Source of the DNA: Takakia lepidozioides
Lineage: Eukaryota > Plantae > Bryophyta
Direction: 5' to 3'
Length of the DNA stretch: 64,000 nucleotides
Assembly (NCBI GenBank): GCA_030704615.1
Contig: CM060731.1
Span: 32,922,001-32,986,000 of the forward strand
Part shown: positions 1 through 12,712 of the stretch, one piece after another
Layout: every line of letters begins with the position of its first letter
Numbering within the stretch: the stretch's first letter is position 1
Notes under the pieces: model-generated
Seen by the model: the letters and a program-made list of their open reading frames with translations, nothing else
Told to the model about the DNA's origin: nothing
Database searches by the model: none
Made by a program: the position numbers and the translations under genes

Positions 1-2040
1 GCATTAACCATAGCCTGAGATTTAAAGGAGAGCAGGGTTTAGCTTAAACACCTGCGCCCCTTACTTGAGCCTGGGATGACAAAATTCTGATCTCAGCATG
101 GTCATAATCTGGCAGCAGTACAGGGCCCAACGAGCACGGTTGTGCCCACGGAATTATGCCACTGGTGCAGTAGATGCGTTTTAGCCTAGCCATGACTAGA
201 TCCGGGGGGTTTCTGCAGTTAGACCAAGAGAAGCGCAGGTTCCGCTTCAGGAATGGAGATATCAATGAAACCAACGAAAGACATAGAATTTCCCAGGCGT
301 TAAGCTCATCCGGGGTGAGGGAGAAAGAGCCAGGATCTAGCCTATCCTGCATTCTATCCGTCATATTGAAATCTCCTGCTAAAATCTATTGATCAACATC
401 AGATCGCTGAAGAATCTTTGAATGCAAAAACTGCCAGAAGGAGATTCTTTCAGCAATAGAGTTAGGAACATAAACATTAATAAAGCCAATTTTGCACCCA
501 GGGGTAGGCAAAGAAAGGATGCCGAATTGTGCCCTGCCGACCATCCAAGTGCACACTTCTGAGACTTGACTGGCAAGGGTAGGAGAGACCAAAACTGCGC
601 CCCCCTCTGGAATCCATTACAGTTATGTTCCACCAAGCCACGTTAGCAGGCCAGAGCAGTTGTCCAAGGGATGCAATTTCGGAGTCATTTAGTTTGTGCT
701 CCTGTAAGAAGATGATAGAGTTATCCGATAACAAGGAGGCAACCCATCTTTTAAGTCTAGATTTCTTAGGGGTAGTAGCATCTGATCCTATGCCCCTAAT
801 ATTCCATGACCTAGTGTTAAAGGACATCAAAGTGGGTGCAAGGCCCGAGAGAACCTCTCAAAATGATGGCCCAGGAGAAGTGTGGAGAGTGATAAGTCCC
901 TTATCTCTGGGAGAGGAGGAGAGGGTCCAACTTATTCCATTGGGGGGAGGAGCGGTAGAGAGGGTAAAAACCCGGGAGGGAGTTACGCTGGTCTGGTGGA
1001 CTTTAGCGTTACGCAACCAAGCATGCAAGAGACACAATAATCTGCGACTAAGCACAAAAAATAGACAGATCTGAGAAGGATGTAGATTAACTTTCTGTAG
1101 GCAAGGAAGAAAACCGCGTGGCATAGCCAGAGCAGGTTTAAAGGAGGGGGCTGAAGGGGGTTTGCCTAGAGGGATCCACCAACTTGAAACATGCCACCTA
1201 CAGGGTATGGGCAGGCAGAGGGATGGAGCGATGGGGAAGCTTGCAGAGTAAGCGAGGCTTACCAGAGAAGGCAGACCTGCGAAGGTTGTGGGCGAGGGAG
1301 CAGAGGGGGATCCGAGAGGAGCCTTCTTTCCTGTGCTAGTGTATGGCTGAAAGCCAACATCCATAGACTTGCATGCAGCTGGTGATGGTGCAGGCGACGC
1401 CCCAGAGCCGAAGATGGCGTTGACAAGGGTGAAGCCTGCTCGCAGGACCTTGACGCTTCTGGCAAAACCTCATGCTGACGGGAAGACCCCAGAGGGAGCG
1501 TCCTTGCTGTTGGGGCAGGATCCCCCGGGTCCCTCTTCTAGAGACTGAAGCGTAGGAGTAGAGCTTGCACTTAGGTCTGTCAGCTACAATGTCCTCCCAT
1601 CGGAAAGCTAGCATAGTGTGCACCGTGGAGGCAGAGTCAAACTCATCTGTGTTCTCCCAGAAGGCACCAAAGTGCACAATAGTCTCGTTTGACAGATGGA
1701 ATTGGAAAGGCTCCTCGGCGAAAATATTTCCCACCAATTTGAGAGAAAGCTCAACAGCCTTGTTGTCTTTGTTATATGTGGCGTGGTGGGTGGTCACCCA
1801 AGATCCTGCCAGTCCTTCAGAGCCATTGGTCAGCATAATGGATGGGGGCTGATTGGGGCCATCCAGAAGAGCGTAAATGATAGGAGTGACCTTGATGGCC
1901 GCAGAGTTCCTTCTTACTGCATTCTCGGGAGACCATTCGCAGAGCTTTAGATTATCAAAAGATCTGACAACGTAAAAATTGCAAGAGTGACGCATTGAAG
2001 GACGAAGCGGGCCAAATTTCCTTTCTCTAATGGGGAGTTT
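1..2040 (-). mobile_element. L1-like LINE, 5' part: putative ORF1 (1336-1995) and frameshifted APE endonuclease of ORF2; runs off the window start
   Basis: Minus-strand translations SWNIRGIG...IIFLQEHKL (477-830), GFINVYVPN (386-592), ILAGDFNM...DRL and FSWSN...MARLKRIY (44-385) are APE/EN motifs, broken by a frameshift and a stop. Clearly related to the EN at 43269-44295. Confidence 0.85.
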
Positions 2041-2392
2041 TTGACATACCTAGTAGGTACTCCAGTTCTTTGGATGAGATGTTTTGAAAGTCCAAAATAT
2101 TACATTGTCATTTGACAGTAGTCTTGCAATTGCAGGCAAGTTCACCATGGCATGTTCCTTTTTTTCTTTTCTTTTTTAAATTTTTTAAATTTTTCCGTCC
2201 CTCACACTATGAAGAATCTTGCGTTGGTGCTAGATTAGATACTAACCTGCCAACCCGCCCATTCAGACGTAGCGATGAATCAGCCTCGATGGACTGTGCT
2301 GACGCTAAGACCACAAAAAATAATAAGAACGGGTAAAATATCATCTCCTCCTTGTGTTAGAATGCATGGGAGCTTCAATGTCGGAACAAAAA

Positions 2393-2821
2393 TATTGGAG
2401 ATACCAATACAGCTACAGTACCTAGGGTACTAACATATCACAACACTTACAAGCTCACTTCACACACTTGCTTGACATGCAGTCAAAATATATTAAACAA
2501 GTAGTCACTTACATACTGATCTGTACCAAAGGTTTGAACCAGAGCATACACTTTACTTAGCCTCTTGCTAATACCTAGCTCAGGCATATCTCCGTCACAC
2601 AGGACGCACTACTCACTCTCAAAGAACCAAGAAGAGACAGTCCTGCAAGATTGTCTTAGCCTTGACTCCACTCTCCCGCCCAGGAGAGCCTGCCATGATT
2701 GCCTGCTACGTGCACTAGCTAACCCTGCAGTAACCCCAATCCCTTAGTGTTACCGTTACGTGTTCAGTCTTCATAATTTGCTGGCTTGGCCTTCCACTAA
2801 ATGCAGTGGACATATCCAATA
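2393..2821 (-). repeat. 3' LTR of the Copia element
   Basis: Highly similar to 6468-6896; TATTG...CAATA termini; adjoins the PPT at 2822-2831. Confidence 0.92.
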
Positions 2822-5800
2822 CTCCCACTCAGCACTGTGTTGACTTAACACGTCTCCCACTTCAACACGGTGCTTTATTAAGAGTCCCGGGGAATTGTCA
2901 TTCCTCCTAAGTTGCGAAGTTGAACAAAGCGATCTCGGGGTAGCGGCTTGGTCAGCAAATTTGCGATCTGATCCGCTGTAGGTATGTACGTGATGGAGAT
3001 ATCACCATCATGCTGGGTGTCACGGGTCTTATGGAACTTCGTATCGATGTGCTTGGTTTTCTGATGGAAGACAGATTGATGACCAACCGTATCGCTGCCT
3101 GATTATCACATAATAAGGTCGTCCAAATAACTTGTGGAAAACAAACGCTTGACAGAAGTCTGCGCATCCATAGAAGCTCCTGAGTGGCAAGACAGGCAGT
3201 AACATATTCAAATTCGGTGGTGTTCACTGCGGTACATGTTTACTTCCAGCTCCCCCAAGCTCCGGGTCCATTGTTTAGCATAAGGATGAAACCCGACCTA
3301 GATTTCCTGTCGTCAAGGTCTGATGCAAAATCCGCATCACAGTAAGCGGTAAGTTGGTGTAGATGGTCACTAGGCCATACGTGATACAATGTCCCAACGT
3401 TCCCTTGATATACTTCAAAATTCGTTTGACAGATGTCACATGAATGCTCCTGGGGCTGCTAAAACGTGAAGCATTGCTGACAGAGTACGTGATGTCAAAC
3501 CGCGTACCTAGGGATGCCCATTGGGACTGCCAACACATTCTCGGTATGGATAGTTGGCAATTGGCTCAGTGATTGTGTCCTTGTCGCCAGGCACGAGTTG
3601 CCCTACGCTGTGAGGGTCTGCTGGGACAACTACTAGATTACAGTTCTCCTGACCAAAACGCTGAAGGACTCGCTCTAGATATCGCCGTTGGTCAATGTGG
3701 ATCAGACGGCGGTCTCGATCCCTTGTGATATGGTAGCTGGATAGGTATCGTGTTTGCAGGTGCTCCCACTTGTCTAAGTGCAGCAGGGATAAATGACAGC
3801 GGTAACGGTGCTGCCACTGGTGCTGGTGCAACAACTGGTGGCCGAATATATGCGGGCGGTGGAACAATTGGTGCGAAGACTGGTTCTAGGTTGCCCTCGA
3901 CTCGAAGCCATTGCGTGGGATCACGTTGGCTCCCGCTAAGGTCGGCTTCACTAAAGTTCTCATCAAAAAGAACATCCCCGCTTTCTTCAATACGACGCAG
4001 TTCATTGATCCATACTCGATATCCTTTACTTGTGGCGGAGTAGCCCATGAAAACACCCTTTCTACTCTTTGCCGAGAGTTTCTTTCTGAGCGCTTTAGGG
4101 ATGTGCACATATGCATCCGAGCCAAATGCTTTGAGAAGTGCTACTAATGGTTTGATCTTATACCATTCCTCATACGGTGTTCTCCCAGATGTCGTTCTTA
4201 ACACTGTTTGATTCAACATGTATACTGTTGTGTGGGCTGCTTCGGCCCAGAACCTGGTGTGTACATTTGCCGCATGTAACATGGTTCTTATAGCCTCAAT
4301 AATCGTTCTGTTCTCCCGTTCCGAGGCACCATTCTGTTCTGGCGTGAACGCAATGGTGAGATCCTGCTTGATCTGCTGTTCATCCAGGTATTTCATGAAG
4401 GCTCCATTCGTGTCCTCTCACGATCACTTCTGAGGATCTTCGCTGAGTTGCATGTTTCACGTTTGAGCTGAGCCACAAACCGCTTGAATGCAACAAAAGT
4501 TTCTGGCTTAGTCTTCAGACACTCTGAACCCGGATGAGTCATCCTTGAACAAGCCCCTCCCACTGATGGTACATTTAGAGGACCACACAAATCTGTATTT
4601 ACAAGATCACCTGGAAAATGTGACCGTTGCCTGGGCTCAGTGGTTGGGAATGGGTTTCGATGTTGTTTTCCAAATGCACATCCCGGGCAGTTCACCGATG
4701 ATCTTTACTGGTGAGCAACGGTCTTTCCACCAGTTCTTGCGACGCCATTATCTGTATCATCGCGTGATTGGTGTGTGAGAACCTCCGATGCCAAAGTTCA
4801 AGCGACTGCTTGCATTGAGCGACTGTCGGTGCACCAACTGTGCTGGTGGACATCGCAGAGATGGTGTCCTCAGGTGGGATAGCTTCAAAGTGCATTTGAT
4901 ACATCCTGTTGTCAACTACTCCAGCCATCATGTGCAACCTTCCCTTCCTCCAGCTATTGACATCCAATGTCTATGTGTAGTGTGTAATGCTTCCGCTGTG
5001 CTGCAACATATGACGAAATAAATTTCGGCCAAGATTTGGACCATACACTACACCTTTTAGCACGCCATAGGTAAACTCGTCAGCCTACTTGATCTTTGAT
5101 AATAATGTCCTCAATTCCAGCAGCTTGGAGCATCACCCCATCGATACCTTCTACTGGGCGATTCTCCGTCGAGATGTTTCTGCAAGTCAAGAAGAAAGAT
5201 TGATTCAATGTCCGTCATATGTTCAGTACACCCACTGTCAACATACCAGAAAGTGGACTCATGCGCTCTAGTGGAGCTGAAACTTGAGTCACTTGCCATA
5301 TAGGCCTTGAAGTACCCGCCGACATGTTCTTGCTACCTGAATCCGTCTTGGTGCTCGCTTCTTGGCATTCTGTGACTCTTGGAAAATCCGTTGGTCTTCT
5401 TCTGGTGTCATGCATTCATGGTCCCAATGGCCAGGACGACCGCACTTCCAGCAGTCGGTGTTCTTATTCCGATCATCAATCTCCTTGCGTCTTGCCGCAC
5501 GTTCTTCAGGGGTATAGTCCGATGGCTTCTTGCCTCTTGCAGATGCCAGATAAGCCGCTGCTGTTGTTACGCTCGCATCCGCACACAACGCACAAAAAAT
5601 TATGTTTTATGTTTCATTCAACATCTGAATACTTTCTTTTCCAAGCTCTTCTTATCGGTTTTAAATCAGACACTGGTTCATCTGAACCATCAGCTGTTGG
5701 TAGTTCCAATTCTCTGTTGAATGTTACGAAGTTTCTTTCTTTCTTTGACTCAGATACTACTCTTGAACGTCCCTTTTGTCTGAAGAAGCTGCAGAGTCAG

Positions 5801-6467
5801 GTTTGCAAAAGTCTTACTCTTTGCTGCTTGCATTCTCCATGCAGCAGGTATGAGAGTATCGAACCGTTCAGGAGGATTGCACAGGATCTTGGATATCACC
5901 ACTTGCTCATTGAACGTGGTATCTCCACGACTTGCTAACTGCTGGATTATGAGCCGTAAGCGACCAAGAAAACAGGCAACAATCTCCTCATCGACCATCG
6001 TGCACTTATAGAAATCTTGCTGGAGGGTGTGAACATTCTTGGAAGCATTCTGTTCGTGATACAGTTTGAGTGTATCCCAGACTTGCTTTGATGTCACACA
6101 ACTCATAATGTGTGGCAAGACCACCTCATCAAGCGCCTGTGTCAAAAGACTGTAGGCAGCATTATCCCTCTTCTTCCAAGCTACTTTCTCTTTTGTGGTT
6201 GCTGTTTTAGCGGGTTTGGCCTCTGTCCCGTCTACTACAAGTCTTTTCCAAGAAGTATGGCTCTCATCTGAAATTTCCAGAGGTGAAAGTTGGACCCCTT
6301 GAACCTAGATATGTAACCTAGCTGCTCACGGCTAGTCTCCACCATGGCAGATACCAAGAACTGACTACAGTGTATTGGGCTAATACTAAAAGCCCGACAA
6401 GAAAACGAATATACTTCGACACACACATGGAGGCGCAACGTACAAGATAGCACATGAGCCCATAACG

Positions 6468-6896
6468 TATTGGAGGTACCAATACAGCTACAGTACCTAG
6501 GGTACTAACATATCACAACACTTACAAGCTGACTCCAAACACTTGCTTGACAGACAATCAAAATATATTAAACAAGTAATCACTTACATACTGATCTGTA
6601 CCAAAGGCTTGGTACCAGAGCATACCCTTTACTTAGCCTCTTGCTAATCCCTAGCTCAGGCATACCTCTGTGATACAGGATACACTACTCACTCTCAAAG
6701 AACCAAGAAGAGACAGTCCTGCAAGATTGTCTAAGCCTCGACTCCACTCTCCTGCCCAGGAGAGCCTGCCATGATTGCCTGCTACGTGCACTAGCTAACC
6801 CTGCAGTAACCCCAATCCCTCAGTGTTACCGTTACGTGTTCAGTCTTCACAATGTGCTGGCTTGGCCTTCCACTAAATGTAGTGGACATATCAATA
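6468..6896 (-). repeat. 5' LTR of the Copia element
   Basis: Highly similar to 2393-2821; adjoins the PBS at ~6455-6467. Confidence 0.92.
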
Positions 6897-6898
6897 AA

Positions 6899-7047
6899 GA
6901 ATCCTGCTGAGAAGGCCATTTTGGGCGGTGTCCCATTTCTCAGCCTCCATGGCACTATGAAAGAGGTTATTTTCTCCTCTCACTATCAAGGGGCCTGATT
7001 TGTGCTGTTGCTCCCAGGAGTTTCCCTTTAAGAAAAAAACAAAAAAT
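6899..7047 (+). mobile_element. 3' part of a SINE-like repeat (same family as 39910-40525)
   Basis: Shares ggtgtcccatttct...gaaagaggttattttctcctctcactat...aaggggcc...gatttgtg...tttccc and an A-rich tail with 39960-40525. Confidence 0.6.
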
Positions 7048-7371
7048 CAGCATCCTTGGATGTGCAGCCAACGCATCATGACGACAAAATGTAAATGTAC
7101 ATTTTCACCCTGGCTGAGAAAATAGATTATGCGAAAGATGTGCAGGTAGGTGGGTTGTAAGGCTCTAAGGGAGGCTTTCTACTGACTGATACTAGCCATG
7201 CTGTTCAACAACACAAGCAGGCTGTGGATACCAGATACTTTAATGTTGGGTCCTCCTGCCCTTTCCACATCACAGTGCAGGCCGCGGGGCATGGGGCGGA
7301 GGAAGTGAGCAGGGGTGGTTGGAGGTGGAGAGCAGCAAGCTCTTTACAGGGATAAGGCTGAGGAAGCAGCC

Positions 7372-10300
7372 ATGGCCACGGCTTCTGTAATTGGTGTTGT
7401 GCCTTTGAGCTCTATTAGAAAGGCTGTGATTGTCGCCCCCCTTGCTCATTGCACCCACACATGTTGGCGGTCTCAATGCCATGCATTGGACATGAAGCTT
7501 CCCGCGCGGGGAAGGTGGGACAGGCGAATGCAATGGTCGCGGGCAGCGCTTGCCGTCGACACTCCCAGGCATTGGGGGACTCTGCAACGAATCCCGACTT
7601 CCCCCTCAATTTCTCCTGCACCGTCAACGTAGGCTATCCTTCCTTCTCGATCTTTTCATTGTCCATCACTCACTAGGCTTCGCGACGTCGTCACGGTGTA
7701 GTCTCCTCTTTCTCTTGTTATTCCAATTTCAAAGCTTCTTGACTTGCGAATATCAGCGCTTCAATCTGCGTATTCTCTTTGCATCAATTGTCGGATGCGC
7801 TGCTGAGCTGTTCACTGAGTGTGACTGGATGTTGAATGACCGATTTGCTATTTTTCACTGTTGTGGTTGCCTTACTTGTTGTGGTGCGGGGGCTTTGGCA
7901 GGGACTGGATGTTCGATCCGTTGGAGCTCGGAGACGCGGCAGCACCCAGTATGTGGGAAACTTTCGAAGCAGTTGTGATGCAAGCGCTCCGCGGGAGGCC
8001 CAACTCCGGTAGAGCTACCAATGCCACATCAGGCAAGGGCATGGCAGGTGCTCTCCTACACCGATTACATTTTTCTATAGAGAGTTGGGGAGAGGACGGG
8101 CAGGTCAGTAATTTCGTGGTGATCTAGGGGTGAATGGAGCCCTGTTCATGGTCTGCAGCTTTCAGAAACTTGTCTAAAGAATGGAAGTGGCAAAAGTCCC
8201 TGTTCTCCACGATTTATGGTCTGGCAGTTTCTGTACTTGGGGAGCTGTGTGAAAATTACTGTCTACGGATCCGCAAATGGAAAGAATATGATAATGAAAA
8301 TTGGGCACAGGGTGCTCCTATACACTGTAGGTAAGTCACAAATGCCCCCCCACGTTTATCTCTGTTCCTTGATCTATTCGCAGCCTCCATGGAGGACAGC
8401 TCTGTAGACTTCGGAGACTTTTTCAAAGGGAAACTTCCTCAAAAGTTTCTGCTGCTGCTGGGGTGGCTGGTGCTGTCAAGACTGGGCACCTACATTCCAT
8501 TGTGGGGAGTGAACCGAGCTGCCTTCGCAGGCAGCCTGGACCAAAGCAGCCTTCTGGGTACACTGGACACTTTCTCTGGTGGGAGCATTGGCCGTGTGGG
8601 AGTCTCGTCACTGGGCATAGTGCCCTTTATCAATGCCCAGATTGTGGTGCAGCTGCTGGGCACTGTCTTCCCCAAGCTTCAGGAGCTACAGAAGAAGGAA
8701 GGTGAGGCAGGCCGCAAAAAAGTGTTGCAGTATACTCGCTATGCATCCGTGGGTTTTGGCATCGTGCAGGTGGGTTCTTGTCCAGGTCTAGTTCCTTCTG
8801 AGTTGAATAAGGATTCTAAAGGTGAAAGAAGTACTACATCTCATGCAGATCTCTTCTAGAGCATTGATGGTGCAATCATAGAATTCCCTTTTGCCATGTG
8901 AAGGGCAATAAACTCACCATAGTTTTGTTTGTCTCTTTCTGAATCTGGGCAACTTCATTTTGTTTGGCTTGAGAGTCTCGAGACATCACTGAAAGCTGTA
9001 AGCCTGAAGTCTGGGTTGTATTTGGCATCAATTAATTCCATGCTAAGAGCTTTCTGGGGAGATCTGGGAGGCCAGATCTGACTACTCTTACAGGTACCAC
9101 ATTTGACTAACTCTTTGGGGATTTAGTAGTTCCTTGGGGTCTACATTCACACGTTCTAGAAGCAAAGTATAGATAGTGCAGGATACAATTGACAATGACT
9201 CTGAGTAACTCCAGCATACTATGTCAGCTTCGAGAGTGCTGCTAGCATAGGTAATTGGTCTTCTATGGATCTGGCTAGGCTCAAAACCATGAATACTGAT
9301 ACTTGTTGGGAGGTATGGCGGGACAGGCTGTAGGGCAAGTGACATACATACGGCCCTATGTGAATGACTTCAGCGGCGAATGGGTTGTGTCAGCAGTGGC
9401 AGCCCTCACACTAGGATCGGTGGTGACCATGCTCATAGGGGAAAAGATATCAGACCTGAAGCTTGGCAATGGCACCTCGCTGCTCATTTTCACCAACATT
9501 GTCTCCTACTTGCCAGCGTCGATTGGCCGCACTGTTGCACAGGCTATCAGCGAAGGCAATTATCCAGGGTTGGGGGGCAGTATTGGGGCTTTTTTGCTTC
9601 TTGTGCTGGGCATTGTCTATGTGCAGGTAGGCGACTTTTTTCCCACCCTAGTCAATTCCACATTGGCCCTTCCTTGCGCTCTCTTGCTGCAGGAGTGGAT
9701 CTGTCTACTATGATTTTCTCAACAAGTGCTTGGCTTGACAGTACGTTGGAAGTGCAGGAGGCAGAGCGTAAGATACCCATCAACTACGCCTCCAGATACA
9801 GTTTCCGTAGTAGAGGCCTTGGGAAGGCTGCATACCTACCTTTCAAGGTGCGTGATCACTTTTATCCATGTATAAAAATAATTGCTCCATTTTCTGCATA
9901 CATGTTGTCTCCCGCTGTTTGCAACCAATAGTGAGTAAGAAGACGTGCATCTGAGCAGGTAAACAGCTCTGGAGTGATGCCTATCATCTTCTCCTCGTCA
10001 TTGCTGGCTGTCCCAGCATCAGTGGCACGTTTCACTGGCCTTTCGATTTTGAAAAATGCGGCAGTTGCTCTCAATCCTGGAGGTAATACTCTTCTTAATG
10101 CTTAAGCCTTTAATTTGGGTTGTCTTTGTTTGGATAAGACAATGAGAATACATTGTTGATTTACAGAGCGTTCCAATTAGACTCCATTAATTCCCTTAAC
10201 CTCATTTTCGTCTATCACTGTATGACTGGAGGTGCCTTCCTACACTTAGAGAAAGAATAGAGGAAAAAGACGTCTCCATCTTTCTCTTCCTCTCACTCCC

Positions 10301-11357
10301 GAAGTAGTTGTCCCATCTTTGCTAGACACATTAGTAGTTCTGGAATCAAGGACATGTGTATGTCAACACTGAAACCATATGGTTGGCTGTGTGCAAGATG
10401 AACAACATGCTCCTTTTGAAACTTCCGCAAGTCTGTACCGTTTTGTCAGCTGAGTGCAGGCCTGATGCTCTGTCACTGGATTGTCATGGCTGTGGACAAG
10501 GAAGGTGACAATTTTTAGCAGTCATCATATCCTGGTGGCCAAATCTTCACAAAATGCAAGAGGGTTAATATTCAGCAGGGACTCTCTGCCCCAGGTTACA
10601 ACATGGCCACCCTTTTGTTTCTTACACAACAGTTTCCTCTGACCAACCTGAGCTGGTTCTGGCATGGCAGGTGTTTTGTATCTTCCTACAAATGTCATCT
10701 TGATAGCCTTTTTCAACTACTTCTACACTTTTTTACAGCTGGATCCTGCGGATGTGAGTGAGCAATTGAAACGGCAAGGTGCTTCCATTCCATCAGTGCG
10801 GCCTGGCCGGGCTACTGCCACTTTCATCACAAATGTACACAGATTACATCTTTGAACTTCCCTGCAAATCATAGTATTACATATTCAGGTGGCAGTTGTC
10901 TTGTAGTTTAATGCAAGCTACCGGCAACCATGAGTCAGCTGATTCTTGCTTTCTTCAGATTCAATCACACATCCTGTATGGGAACTTACATTGCATCATC
11001 CACAAGCAGGCATTACTAACCCTGGCCTGGCAAATCAGGACCAAGAAACAAGTGATCACATATGAAGATGAGACCACTATAGTTGTAACCATCAGCTTTG
11101 ACTTGTACTTGCAGGTGCTGGCCCGCATCTCCGTACTGGGGTCGGCCTTTTTGGGATTGATGGCAGTAGCACCATCTTTGGTGGAAGGTGTCACGCATCT
11201 GACCACGTTTCGTGGCTTTGCGGGCACCTCAGTACTCATCCTGGTTGGTTCTGCTACAGACACAGCCCGCAAGGTCCAAGCTGAGCTGATTTCACAGAAG
11301 TACAAAACCATTGAGTTCTATGATGTTGACAATGATGGCTCGAGCGGGTTGAGGTGA
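7372..11357 (+). CDS. SCY1: Chloroplast preprotein translocase subunit SecY (SCY1), 8 coding exons
   Basis: Exons ~7372-7628 (transit-peptide-like), 7902-8047 (FDPL..SMWETF), 8384-8769 (EDSSVDFGDFFKG..LSRLGTYIP..LGIVPFINAQIV), 9327-9626 (LGNGTSLLIFTNI), 9758-9847 (EAERKIPINYA..YLPFK), 9959-10082 (VNSSGVMPIIF), 10671-10834 (LQLDPADVSEQLKRQGASIP..PG), 11115-11357 (GFAGTSVLILVGSATDTARKVQAELISQKY). GT-AG junctions, phases compatible where checked. Confidence 0.95.
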
Positions 11358-11679
11358 CGTGCTATTTGCCAGAGCCCTGCAGGGTTTTGTCACGTCAACA
11401 CCAGATTTCCATAGGATGGGTGCTCTACAAGGGAAGAAACTGTGAAAGAATGGGTATGCCAAGCACAGTAGTTCTTCATCAATCATTAACAAATGTTGTA
11501 CTTGTGATGCTTTACTAGAGGGCCGCTTGTGTAAACAGGGTGAGGATAGTGTGGTTGAGTGCACACCCTGACCCTCAGGCCCTGCTTAATGTAGAACAAT
11601 GTCATGTGAGAGTTAATGCTCTTGGGTGCTCGTATAGAATTGCTCTTAGGGTCACTCTATGCTCTAATTTTTTCCACTG

Positions 11680-12712
11680 CAGAGGGGTCAACTCTGAGGT
11701 TAAGAAAACCATGCTTTGTCGCGTTATTAGACCTGCCTTGGAGTACGGATCTGCTATATGGGTTGATAACTCCAACCAGGCTAAGTCTCTAGAATCCATT
11801 CAAGTGGGGGTGCTTAAGGAGTGTATGTCAGCATGCTCCAAAACAGCCAATGTGGCTGTTCGGGGTGAGTTTGGCATTCCGTCCTTAAGCTCCCGACGAG
11901 ATGAATTCAAGGTCAGATGGTGGGGTCAGCTGCAACATATGCCCAACACCAGATATCCTAAGTTAATCGACTCTATATCTTGGAAACAGGACCGCCCTGT
12001 CAAACAGGCTAAGTCCTGGCAGAAGAGAGTAGAAGAGATTCTCAAGGACCTGGACCTGGATCCGCAAGTCTTGACCCTGCTGGATAAATCTGACTTAGAG
12101 GCTGTAGTGTCCTCAGCCATGTCTGTTGCCATGAGATTGTCTGATGAAAATGAAGTTAGGCAGAAAACTTCCCTGAACTTGTTTCCAGTCAGTGCCATGG
12201 GGGAGGACATCTTGGATGACCTCAAGGGTCTACCCGCTCTCGGCACTAGACTGAAATTTAAACTCAGGGCAGGAAGCCTACCTTTGAACAGCAAACAGAA
12301 GCAGAGAGGAAAGGGAGAGTGCAATTGCCCGCTGTGTGGGCAATCTGAAGACAGTATTCACTTTCTGATACACTGTCCGGGGTTCTCTCACCAAAGAGAC
12401 GCTCTCTTCAATTCTATCAAGGGAATTGTGCCTGTACCCCTGTTTAACAACTTTGAAAGTCTCGAGGCTGAGCCAAAAGCCCAGGCCCTCCTGAGGCCTA
12501 GTTTTTGGGCAAATCACACACAGCAGATTGATGCTTGTGTGAAGGGATTTCTAGAGGATATCTGGAAAACCCGGATTAATTCTATATATGATGGTAAGTC
12601 ACACTACCAACGTCAGCCCCTGACAGAGGTAGGTTCTGTCCCTTTTGTTCCCGCTCAAACTGGGCGCGGGGTCAATGGCCACAAGGCTACGGCAAACAAC
12701 GTCTTATGAGTC
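11680..12712 (+). mobile_element. 5'-truncated non-L1 LINE (RTE/RTEX/CR1-like): post-RT region and C-terminal zinc finger
   Basis: Open ORF 11540-12709 with RPALEYGSAIW, ANVAVRGEFG, RYPK, KFKLRAGSLPL, CPLCGQSEDSIHFLIHC. Its 3' end (...ggtcaatggccacaaggcta...caacgtcttatgagt) is shared with a second copy at ~21968-22205. Confidence 0.8.

Larger units (their letters stand above)
2393..6896 (-). mobile_element. Ty1/Copia LTR retrotransposon with both LTRs, degenerate; N-terminal part of RT deleted
   Basis: Direct repeats at 2393-2821 and 6468-6896. Gag (FKGSNFHLWKFQM), zinc knuckle CWKCGRPGHWDHEC, protease WYVDSGCTEHM, WHRRFSH, integrase (TDLCGP, LRSD, FTPEQNGASERENRT), RT C-terminus (HIDQRRYLERVLQRF), RNase H (YCDADFA, TTEFEY, LLCDNQAAI). 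PBS-like cgttatgggctca, PPT tgagtgggag, TSD aaaaa/aagaa. Confidence 0.95.
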
